A stretch of 64,000 nt of DNA, from NCBI GenBank assembly GCA_964016885.1, contig OZ024740.1, positions 160,332,001 to 160,396,000 on the forward strand, in the 5' to 3' direction. Under the pieces are notes generated by a model. The model saw nothing but the letters and a program-made list of their open reading frames with translations, was not told the DNA's origin and did not search any database. The DNA comes from Eledone cirrhosa (taxonomy: Eukaryota). Below are positions 52,791 through 64,000 of this stretch, in pieces; the stretch's first letter is position 1; every line of letters starts with the position of its first letter. A program made the translations under genes and the position numbers.

Positions 52791-54414
52791 TTTGAAACAT
52801 TAAAATAAAGAGACTGAATGCATTTGGAGAGAATGTTGAATTGTTACTGCACAAATGTCTTACAGCTGCTTAATCATAATTCATTAAGACAAAGGGAAAG
52901 AATGACAGAAAGAAAGAAAGACATAAAGAAGGAAGGAAGGAACCTTAAATAATCTAACAAATATTTGAGTATAAGTAAACCAGTTACAGGTAGCAGAATC
53001 ATTATAGGGTTAGATAAAAAGACCAGCAGTATTTATCAATATTCATTCTGGCATTTCTCTCTGCATTCTGAGTTCAAATCCCACCAAGATCAACATTGCC
53101 TTTCAGTTTTTAAACCCCCCCCCCCCCCCCAAAAAAAAAACCCATTATATTATTGAGGTCAATTCTTTCTCTATATCTCTTTTTCATTTCTTTTTCTCTC
53201 TCTTTCTCAGTAAGAAATCAGCTGTGTTCAAACCAGCAGAAGTGATAGGCTCTACCAGGTTCAATATTTGAGAGATGGTGCCATTACAACTCCATCAGGT
53301 GTTATATGTCCATATATACATAAAAACCAGTTAAAGGTGTTAAAACCATTATTGTGTTAATGAAATGCTCAGCAGTATTTGCTCAGGAAATTTGCATGCT
53401 GATTTCAAATCCTGCTATGGTCAATTTTGCCTTTCATCCATTTTAGTGGTGTGTTCAAATTAAAGTCCTGACTCTTGGCATTCTGAATTCAAAGTCTACT
53501 TGTGTGGTATACTTAATTCATCACCTAGTTTGACACCATCAGCTAGTCCTCGGATGCCTTTTGGAGATTCTCCTCTGCTGCAAGCATTCGAACTTAGTCT
53601 CCAGTTTGTGGAAACCTCGCTTCACCCCACAGTCAGTCACAGAATTCTTGAAAAGGGTCAAGGGCACTACCCTTCCCTTCCTGACTAAGAAATAAAACAA
53701 ACAGCCTCATAGCTACTGAAACATAAATTAGTTTCTGAACACAAGTAAATCTGAGTTTAAATATTTTTACATTTATCAATATTTGCTTGAAATTATTAGC
53801 TTCAGAACCACATAATTCCAGGTTCAAACACTCTGTGTAAAACCTTGGACAATTAGATTCTACTATAGCCTTAAGCTAAAAAATGCCTTTTGAGGGTATT
53901 TTGTATATAGAAATTGTAATGGAGCATGTATATATCATCATCATTTTACGTCTGCTTTTCCCTGCTTGCAAGGGTGGGACAGGTCCTCTTCAGCACAGCA
54001 TATCTCCATTTGTCACAGTCCTTTGTCATCTCCTCTGTGATCTTCAGCGATCTGATGTCAGCACCCACCACCTCTGCCCATATTTTCCATGGTCTTCCTC
54101 TACTGCATCTTCCTCCCACTGGGATATGTGTGTGTGTGTGTGTGTGTGCCAGTTAATGTAAATGTCTTCATATCGAACACTGTTTAAAAGGTAAGAAGTT
54201 ATGTTTTTTATGTTACATATAAGCAATACATCCCACAGCTCAGTGTTTCAATAAATGTTAACAATATAGTTAAAAACAAAAAAAAAGATAATGAGCCCTG
54301 AACTCCTGATCGAGATACAGGAGTGTTGTCTTGATACACAGTGTCTCTTGGGTATTTTAATCTTGGCAGAGTCCATTCCATTCCAGGTCTGAACACAGCT
54401 GATTTCTTCCAGAA

Positions 54415-54424
54415 AGAGAGAGAA

Positions 54425-54516
<92 letters not shown>

Positions 54517-54525
54517 GGAGAGAGA
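54415..54525. repeat. (AG)n microsatellite
   Basis: Direct reading. Confidence 0.95.
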
Positions 54526-55571
54526 CTCAACCTCAGTACATGACTGGTATTTCATTTATCAACTTCAAAATGTTGAAAGGCAAAGATGATCTCAGCAGGG
54601 TTCAAATTCAGTAAACAGTGAACTGGAACAAATACTGAGGCATTTTTAATCTGAAAACCTAATGATTGTCTCAAATCGCTGCTTTTTGCAGTATATACTC
54701 TACTTTAAACAAAATATGGGATGGTGTTAGGAAGAACATCTGACCATACGAAAACTACCTTAAAACATCTAATACAACCTATGTGAGCCTGGTAAAGAAT
54801 AAATAAAAATGATGGTAGCAATTATGACTAAATGTAATGGTGGTCTTTAGATAATGTTTTATCTACAAAACTAAACTGCTATATATAACTATTTTTGCGA
54901 TGAAATTTTATTTTAACATTTGGTAGATTTTAATTTTAGAATAATCTGCCAAAGCCAACCATTATTTCTCATTATTTTGTTATTTTGTAATATTAGCAGT
55001 GAGAATTTTGAGTCATTGTTATCAAATTTTTGAGAAATCTTTTAATCCTTGTATTATTTTTCTGGTTCCTTTTCTCAAGTTTCTCACATTTATTTAGACA
55101 ACCATAATCTTTCAGTATATTTTTAGTATTCCTAGATCAATTACGGAAATAATATTTTTAGATTTTATTGCTAAAATACAATTTTCTTAACAGTTTAATG
55201 ATGTATGGCATGTGAATATTCTAACAAAACCATCATCTCTTGGATTAACGGCTTCATGTCAGATTACACTATTGCAGCATAAACTGATGGAACTCTTTAT
55301 GATCCACAATATCAATTTTGGTGTGCCCCAAGATTTTGTCACATGCACTCTCACTCTTTACAACAATCACCTTCAAAACCTATTCCTGCACAAATGAGAC
55401 TACTCTTTATTCCTTCTTAAATTTCCACGCACAAGCATGTCATCCACATATAACTAAAATATATTATGCCAAACCTGCACTGTCCCCATGAATATAAACC
55501 TAAAAAACATGTCCACTGGTGAAGTCATGCCAATCTTGTCTCCTTCAACAACCAAAAGATACAATCCTTAA

Positions 55572-55971
55572 CCCTTTCATGATCGCATTTGTAATGAAAT
55601 ATACTCTATTTTAATTAATTAATGAAGAATTTTGTGAGATTTACTAAGATAGTAATTTAATTGTTTCTATTTTAGGCACAAGGCCAGCAATTACCCAGTA
55701 CATTACTGGTACTTTATTTTATCGACCCCGTAAGGATGAAAGGCAAAGTTAACCTCGGCAGGATTTGAACTCAGATCATAAAGGGACGTAACTCTATGCT
55801 ATGCTTCAAAGCATGGTGTCCGACTCTACCGATACTGCCAATCCACTAATTTAATGTGAGATTTTTATATAAAATTATGTCAGCAGATTTTAATTTAAAT
55901 TGGAGCCTTTTAAAATAAGGTTTTTATTTCATAGAACCAGAGCCAGTTTGGTCGGATTGGTAACTAAAGGG
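55572..55971. mobile_element. piggyBac-like MITE carrying a nested SINE
   Basis: TTAA-CCCTTT ... AAAGGG-ATAA ends. Confidence 0.5.
55662..55846 (-). mobile_element. Full-length tRNA-derived SINE (family A)
   Basis: A and B boxes plus central domain; TAATTTAAT repeated at both flanks. Confidence 0.9.
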
Positions 55972-57205
55972 ATAAATCACTACAAATATCAATAAAACAT
56001 TAATGTACACTACCCCTTAAACATCAGCAGCAGGGAAAAGAAAATCCTTGAAAGTCAGTATAACTGCTAGCCTCCCCTTTACTCCCAATGAACAAACATC
56101 TCCAATATAACAAAATTTGACCTTTGTATCCTGGGTCAGAACATCCCATAATGGAATACTGCTCACATATCTCTGATATTGCTGCTGCTTCACATGCAGT
56201 CATCCTAACCCACCTCCAACAAAAGGCTTCTTTTGTAGTTTTCGTCAAACAATTTGATGAATACCACTATTGTATTCCATTTTAGCTTTCTGGTACACCT
56301 ATTTTATATGCACTCGGATTCAATTGAAAATATAACAATGTGCATTATTCATCTATGCTGCAATTCTGTTATTTATCCCAGTTGAATATTGGTTAATAGC
56401 TCATTTTATATGCTGATATTTCAATAAAATTTAAATAATTTTACATTCCACTGAATTTACCTTAAATTAGAATAGCTTTGAAACAAAATTTGCATCATCG
56501 ATTTTATGTAAGAACCCTTTGTTAAGTTGTGTTCCTCATATCACCTTAACCATCTGCATCCTCATCAACAACAACAATCATTTTAAAGCCATCAGCTTTG
56601 CTAAAGTAAGGGTTAGCCTTAAGGGCCTCATGATAAGCTTCACCATTTTTCTCTATTATCTGTGGGCATACATAATCATATGTATGTACATGTGAATAAA
56701 GAAAGTGGATCTCCATCACTTTTGTCATCAACCATTTTATGTATGCTTTTCATGCTGACATGAGGTTGTTCAATTAACTGACCTGCTCGCTGAATTAGAT
56801 TTTACATGACTGAGTATTCCACAGATACATGTACTGTTAATATAATCCTTGAGCAGAATTAGTTGTATATTTGAATGATAATTACAATCCATCTTACATG
56901 CTTCCACACACTTTCCATGTATTCAATTTGTCTTGATTCTAGTTATCATGATTATTCCAGCTGGTCATTCTTATCAAAGTAGTACACTCACCACCTAATT
57001 TGTCTAATAAAGGTGCTGACCTTTTGGACAATATTTTTATTTATTACTCACTCCCCTTCTAATAGCTCTTTCAGTCACATTTGCCTTAAAAGTACAAAAA
57101 TTGTGTAGTGTAGAGAACGTTTTAGTCTTGCAGGAGACAAGTTAGCCCTTATAGTGTTAGGGTCATGATTACATTTTCTAGTATATTCTGTAAAGTGGTC
57201 GACAA

Positions 57206-57856
57206 TCTATATATATAAAACTGAGGATGTGTGTGTGTGTGTGTGTGAGTTTGAATCTCGAAAACTCGAGAAGTACCCAACCGATCTTTTTCAAACTTTA
57301 CATGTGTGTTACTTATGTTTCAGGCAGTGTTATGCACATACAAATTCAACTTTTTGATCTCCTAGGGCTCGCATTAGGTGAAAAAATGCTTTTTTTCAGC
57401 ATTTTAGGTTTTTTTTTAGGTTTTACGTCAGACCGATTTCCTTGAAATTATAACTATGTATTAGTCAGTCTCTTCTTCATACCGTGAGCAAATAAAATCC
57501 AACTTTTTATAGCCTAGGGCCCGCTTAGGTGAACAACTTCATTTTTTCAGCTTTTTAGGGCATTTTTGAAGCGTTACGTGTAGCCGATTTTCCCGAAATT
57601 TCAAGGCATATTATGCACATAAAAAAAATTCATTTTCTTGATCCCTGAGGTGAAAATTCATTTTCTTGATCCATTAGGTGAAAACCTGCATTTTTCCTGC
57701 TTCATCGAATAAATCTTAAAGATTATCCAGCCATCAGAGTATTCAGTTTATTTTCTTTACATATTGTCCAGGCATACAGTTTTTCCACGAATAGGTCTGT
57801 TGGCGGCCCGCATTCCAAAATACCTTATCCTGTGCAACGCCGGGTACCACTGCAAG
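57206..57856 (+). mobile_element. Non-autonomous Helitron-like element
   Basis: 5' TCTATATATATAAAA, (GT)n, internal repeats, GC-rich subterminal ...gcaacgccgggtac and CAAG (variant CTAG) end, between A and T. Confidence 0.6.
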
Positions 57857-58220
57857 TATCTAATAAAGGGGAACTCTCTAGCGCACTGAGACTATGACAA
57901 CCACACTAGTATTGGTGTCACAATATAATGTGTGCACTACAATCTGTAAAGTAGTTAGGGATTTCACAAAGACAACATAAAGTTGAGAGGACTCTTTAAT
58001 CTTGTTAGAGACATCAAAACTTCTCTATAGTGCTTGTGTCATAATAGTATAATAGTATGTAAATTGATTTTTGTCTTTCAGAGAAAATGAATATAAGGCT
58101 TAATAGATGTTCCATCATGAACGAACATTCATAATTCATATCATTTTGTCGCCATAAGTCAAAATATTTAAAATAATTTGAATTATATAATGGCTGAAAA
58201 CTGAAAAATCTCTTAATGCA

Positions 58221-58320
58221 ATCATTCACCTTTCCTAAACCAAAATATCAAAACTGTTTTTCCACATCAAATGATGTGGAGAAACAGTTTTGATATTTTG
58301 TTTTAGGAAAGGTGAATGAT
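58221..58320. repeat. 49-bp-arm fold-back palindrome
   Basis: Arms pair with two mismatches around TCCACATCA-AA-TGATGTGGA, which is followed by GAAAC. Confidence 0.9.
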
Positions 58321-58605
58321 AATCAAATATCAAAAGATAAGTGTGAGCAACTGAAGGATTATACAATAATATTCTGACTATATCAAAACGATTTATACTG
58401 TTTACATGCTTTTGAACATATTTTGGAGTTTATTCTGTAAACAAATATGAATTGCCTCTTTAGTAAATCAATTGCTTGACAACTAATAATCGTAATGTAT
58501 GTAATTTTAGTTGAAAATATAATTTAATTCCTTCTCTACACACTTATATTGAGATCCTTACACTTCAAGAATTTTATATTGGATTGGTTTGTATTTATTT
58601 CTTTG

Positions 58606-58704
<99 letters not shown>

Positions 58705-59478
58705 GTATTTATTTATTTGCTATATATATATTTAAATATACATATATATATCATCATCGTTTTAACATCCACTTTTGCTGCTAGCAAGGGTTGGGCAGGT
58801 CTGCCTAGACCAAGTTAGTACTGAAGTTAAGCCATTTATCCCCCAAGCAGGCCAGGATATGTGTTTCACTTTATGTACAGCCAGTGATCCATTGAGTGCA
58901 CAAGAGAGGTTGTCATGTCTTTGACACAACTGAGACCTTTCAACCTTTTGTTTGGCAAGATTTCTATGGCTGGATGGCCTTCCTATCACCACCACTTTAC
59001 AGTGTTTACTGGGTGTGTTTATCATGTAGATCACCAACACTGGGGAGGCTCTCTTGTCCTTAAATTGGAAGAACGGTACACCTGACTCTTTGTCTGACAA
59101 GCTTTCTATGGCTGGATTCCCTTCCTATCACCAAACAATTTACAGCATGTACTGGGTGGACTTATCGTGTAGATCACCAAAAAACTAGGGAGGTTCATAT
59201 GTCCTGGACATGACTGAAGGGTCCTACCAACCCTTTGATTGTTTAACCCCCATGGGTGAAAGCTCTTCCAATCACCAACCCCTTCTCATGGGTGGGTGGG
59301 GTAGGGGGTGGGGGGCAACTGCTAGACATGAGAGGGGCATGCACGCTGGGGTTGAAATAGAAATGTTGAGGATAACTGTTGGGAAGGGGGAGTGGAGGCA
59401 GGGATATATACATACATACATATATTTATATCATCATCACCATCATCAATGTCTATTTTCCATGTTTCTAGATAGAGA

Positions 59479-59517
<39 letters not shown>

Positions 59518-59729
59518 CATCATCATCTCTCCACTTGTCACAGTCCTTTGTCATCTCCTCTGTGAGCTTCAGCAATCTAAGGTCTGTTCTCACCACCTCA
59601 GCCCATGTTTTTTGTGGTTTTCCTCTACTGTGTCTTCCTTCTACTGGCATTTCTTGGCACTTTTTTACCTAGCAGTCATCCTGCATGCGCATCACATGTC
59701 CATACCAACGCAGTCTTCTCTCCTGCACA

Positions 59730-60099
59730 CTTTCCTTTCTTCTGTCCTACGCCATTTTGTTTCTGACACACAGAAACAAAATGGCGTAGGACAGAAGAAA
59801 GGAAAGGCACAGAAACAAAGAAAGGAATCCCAAGTCACTGAAGAGGTCACAGAGTGTGTGACGAAAGGACTATGACTATATATAAACAACTATCTGGTTG
59901 TGGAACCAACCAACCAACCAGAAATTTATAAATTTGTAGATTTGTAAATTTATAAATTTATAAATATATAATAAATTGAAGTGAAAGCAACTGGTGCGTG
60001 TGTTTCTTATTGGCAACATGACCCTCCCAAAGTATAACAATATCGGTTTCAACACACCATTTCAGATAAAGAATCTTGCTAAACAAATTCAGAAACGAA

Positions 60100-60106
<7 letters not shown>
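59730..60106 (+). mobile_element. Solo Penelope pLTR with 36-bp 5' fold-back and 3' tail ending in (TA)n
   Basis: 59730-59765 is the reverse complement of 59771-59806; the body matches 63748-64000; it abuts an RTE 3' fragment (59512-59729). Confidence 0.9.
59833..59877 (+). ncRNA. Type I hammerhead in Penelope pLTR
   Basis: AGTCA-CTGAAGA-G-GTCACA-GAGTG-TGTGAC-GAAA-GGAC-TA-TGACT. Confidence 0.8.
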
Positions 60107-60526
<420 letters not shown>

Positions 60527-60606
60527 TATAAGCAGAACAAGCAAAATTTAACCAATTTTTAAAATAAATTAAAAAATATAATTTAAATATTTACCTACTC
60601 TCAGTA

Positions 60607-60688
60607 GCTCTTACCGATCGGTTTCCCTTTGCAAAACATTAGAAATCCAATAGATTTCTAATGGAAAAGAAAAGTTCATCAGAGAAGC
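60607..60688 (-). ncRNA. Canonical type I hammerhead with palindromic stem III
   Basis: GCTTCT-CTGATGA-[..CATTAGAAATC-TATTG-GATTTCTAATG..]-GAAA-CCGATCGG-TA-AGAGC; GUA triplet. Confidence 0.85.
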
Positions 60689-60901
60689 ATTTTCCTTTCC
60701 TTGGGCTAAAGTCCCAGGAACGGCAAAATATAGTGTCATCTACCAGCTAGCACAAGATCGAGTGAGGTCGAAAAATTACCCGTACATGAACCAGTCCATA
60801 GCAAAAGCGGAAGTAAAACATAGACGTGTTGTCTACTTCACTACTAAAAATAGCAGCTAAATAGAACAACAGATTTGTTCTCTACATAACGGAGTATATA
60901 T

Positions 60902-61159
60902 TAAAAGAAGTTAATATGCCCACGGGTACTAAGTACCCCTGGAAATATATAGGTTGTCTATGATTCAGGGTTGTTCAATGGTATTAATTTGACATACCAG
61001 AACTATAATATTAAAATAAGCAGAACAAGCAAAATTTAACCAATTTTTTAAATAAATTAAAAAATATGTCAAATTAATACCATTGAATAACCCTGAATCA
61101 TAGACAACCTATATATTTCCAGGGGTACTTAGTACCCGTGGGCATATTAACTTCTTTTA
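60902..61159. repeat. 95-bp inverted repeat whose spacer duplicates 60520-60578
   Basis: 60902-60996 is the reverse complement of 61065-61159; 61009-61066 is a direct repeat of the left end of the block. Confidence 0.9.
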
Positions 61160-61270
61160 TATATATATATATATGTATATGTACATATATACATATATAT
61201 ATGTATATATATACATATATATATGTATATATATATATATACATATATATATGTATATATATATATATAC

Positions 61271-61305
<35 letters not shown>

Positions 61306-61335
61306 TGTATATATACATATATATGTATATATATG

Positions 61336-61367
<32 letters not shown>

Positions 61368-61373
61368 TATATG

Positions 61374-61404
<31 letters not shown>

Positions 61405-61467
61405 GTATATATATATGTATATATATATACATATATATATATGTATATATACATATATATATACATA

Positions 61468-61499
<32 letters not shown>

Positions 61500-61535
61500 C
61501 ATATATATGTATATATACACATATATATGTATATT

Positions 61536-62050
61536 GGTGCTACTGGTAGCATGTATCCCAGTACAACCTATCCCATGGTCAGGTCGTTGGCGACTAAACT
61601 GCCAACCCCAACAAGGTTTCCTGGTGAGGAGGGTGACTTTGGACATCCTGCAGGACTAAAAACAAAACCTGTCAAAGGTCAAAGGAGCTCTTAAGTGTCA
61701 ATGACCATGCAAAATCACCGGGTGAGATGAACCCTTAGCCTTTGTCAAGGCAGAATTCTAGGAGAAGGAAAACTCTGATATAACACCTGCAACCCTGATG
61801 GTATCCAACGATGTGGACTTGTTCTTCTTTTTGGTAAATATCATCTTGGTTAAGAGAGTGGGACTGTCTTTGTGCAGTGCCTTTGCTCACTATAAAAGCT
61901 TCACGACACAGGCATTACTTTATATCTGGAGATTTATCTGCACTTGTTGTCACATGGTACCATGGACCCAGCAATATGTGTCAATAATTGTCACAAGTGT
62001 AGTGTTTGTACCAGAGTTTTCAAGTCGCTGGCTGGACTAAAAAGTAATAA
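61536..62050 (+). mobile_element. Internally deleted RTE/BovB-like non-autonomous element
   Basis: RTE-type 5' UTR motif ctaggagaaggaaaactctga; 3' end encodes the C2H2-like HKCSVCTRVFKSLAGLKS. Confidence 0.55.
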
Positions 62051-62269
62051 TCAGGAACTGATTATACAGAGCGGTTGCCGGTCAAGCAGAAATTGAAAAT
62101 TAGAATTGGTGCTCTGAAATACCGATATATAGTAAGTGAGATTGTCACTACTCTAAAACAATAGCGTAAGGTCTTCGAAATGCTTTTAATTAAGCATACA
62201 GTGTATTACAAAATACACTATATATACATTCATATATATATCCCTATTACAGAGCACCAATTCTAATTT

Positions 62270-62335
<66 letters not shown>

Positions 62336-62338
<3 letters not shown>

Positions 62339-63610
62339 GCCCAAGAGGAAGGAGCAGCCATTGGGGTTAGCATTGCAGGCGACATAGCTAACTTATTCAT
62401 GGTATGGTGGGACAGTAGACTTAAACTTAAACTTAAAGAACAATTAGAAGCCCCCTTAACCCTGATAATGTACTCCCGCTACGTTGATGATATAAACCTC
62501 GTAGTTAAGACACCCCCTCTAGAGAACAGTCAGGAACTAGAGAAAAACACAATGGAAAGCATCCAGCAAATAGCAAACTCCATCCACCAGAGCATTAGAG
62601 TTACTATAGACTATCCAAGTAAACACCCCAACCATCGATTACCTGTACTAGACACAGAGCTCTGGTTAGATACCATTAAAAACAAAAAACAAATCCTCCA
62701 TTCCCATTATGCCAAACCCATGACTTCCAAACATCTGATCCACCGAAACTCGGCCGTTTCGGATCATACCAAAATCAACATACTGATTGCGGATTTGGTA
62801 CGGGTGATGAGAAACGTGTCCCGCATGTGCAACCCCGAAGAACTAGAGAGACACATACAACACTTCATCCACCGTATGCAGTTCTCTGGCTACAATCAGA
62901 GAGATAAAATCAGAGTGTATAGAGGAGTCAGAACCAAATGGGAAAAAATGGTAAATAATGACATAAATGGGACCTGCCCCTTGTAGAGGAGCAAATTTTG
63001 GAATAGAATAGAAAGAACTAGGAACAAGGCTAATATAATAAACTCATCGTATGATAGCAATAAATACCAGAGTGTAATGTTCATCGATACAACCCCTAGA
63101 GGGGAATTAGCTTACAAATTTAGAAGGGCCCTAAACAAACATAAACTCAATATTAAGATAGTAGAAAGACCAGGTACCTCCGTAAAAACACTCATTAGCA
63201 AGACATACCCTTTTCAAAGACCCTCATGTATAGATAAGAAATGTATAACCTGTAAAATAAGCCCCCATATTAACTGCAAAACTAGAAATGTAGTGTATAG
63301 CATAAGATGTACTGAAGGACAATGTAGAGACAAAAATATAGTGTACATAGGTGAGACAGCTCGTAGTGTAGGAGAACGGATAAATGAACACTGGCGAGAC
63401 CTTCAAGATAGTAAAGAATCATCTGTACTCTACCAACATGCTAAAATAGAACACAAGGGTAAATTAGAGAACATAGAAATAAAAATAGAATCTACACACA
63501 GAAAAGACGCAATGTTTAGACAAATTACAGAGGCAATAAACATAAATGAATTACAACCAAAATTAAATAGAAAATATGAGTGGAACAGCAACATCACAAC
63601 TTACAATTAA
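62336..63610 (+). pseudogene. Penelope RT C-terminal half + GIY-YIG endonuclease (one internal stop at 62984)
   Basis: YSRYVDDI, LPVLD, CIDKKCITC, NVVYSIRC..C..YIGETARSVGERINEH, EAINI..QPKLN. Confidence 0.92.
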
Positions 63611-63811
63611 GGACAAAATGAAAACACACACACACATAGAACAAACAACCAACCAGTAACATGTAAATAAACAAATAAATAAATGAACACAAACACACAC
63701 AGACACCCGGATGGGGCGCATGCGCAGACTGAGCACACAACACACACACAGAAACAAAATGGCGTAGCACAGAACAAAGGAGATGCACCGAAACAAAGAA
63801 AGGAATCCCCA

Positions 63812-63854
63812 GTCACTGAAGAGGCCACAGAGTGTATGACGAAAGAACTTTGAC
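63812..63854 (+). ncRNA. Type I hammerhead in Penelope pLTR, stem II weakened
   Basis: GTCA-CTGAAGA-GGCCACAGAGTGTATGAC-GAAA-GAAC-TT-TGAC. Confidence 0.7.
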
Positions 63855-64000
63855 AATATATAAACAACAATCTGGTTGTGGAACCAACCAACCAACCATA
63901 AATTTATAAATTTATAAATTTATTATAAATTTATTATAATAAATTGAAGTGAAAGCAACTGGTGCGTGTGTTTCTTATTGGCAACATGACCCTCCCAAAG

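Larger units (their letters stand above)
62333..64000 (+). mobile_element. 5'-truncated Penelope-like element; pLTR runs off the window end
   Basis: Close homolog of 36370-38080, starting directly after a (TA)n tract. Confidence 0.92.

Noticed and set aside
55290-56260. Traces of a jockey/L2-like RT (GVPQ motif)
   Set aside because: Too decayed to delimit or classify by eye.
61536-61605. HDV-like ribozyme at the head of the short RTE element
   Set aside because: GG-hairpin-CUAA is present but P1 and P3 do not fit the canonical spacing.

Overview
AT-rich, microsatellite-dense eukaryotic DNA with no recognisable host exon. The SINE/RTE repeat landscape suggests a cephalopod (octopus-like) genome; this is an inference. 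Almost all the signal is mobile DNA. It includes two near-full-length RTE-clade LINEs (10231-13553 +; 23243-27749 -, the latter with a PHD-type C4HC3 finger inside its RT), two Penelope-like elements (RT + GIY-YIG; 34128-38080, 62333-64000), a pogo-type DNA transposon with TIRs (43213-45131), mariner, Helitron and piggyBac relics, MITEs and tRNA-derived SINEs. The main result is at least 13 type I hammerhead ribozyme motifs from about seven unrelated sequence families. They lie in Penelope pseudo-LTRs and in short non-coding mini-elements that mostly sit in or next to (TA)n tracts. Several mini-elements are long fold-back palindromes whose turning point falls on a hammerhead fragment. All structures were read by eye; no folding or database search was run.
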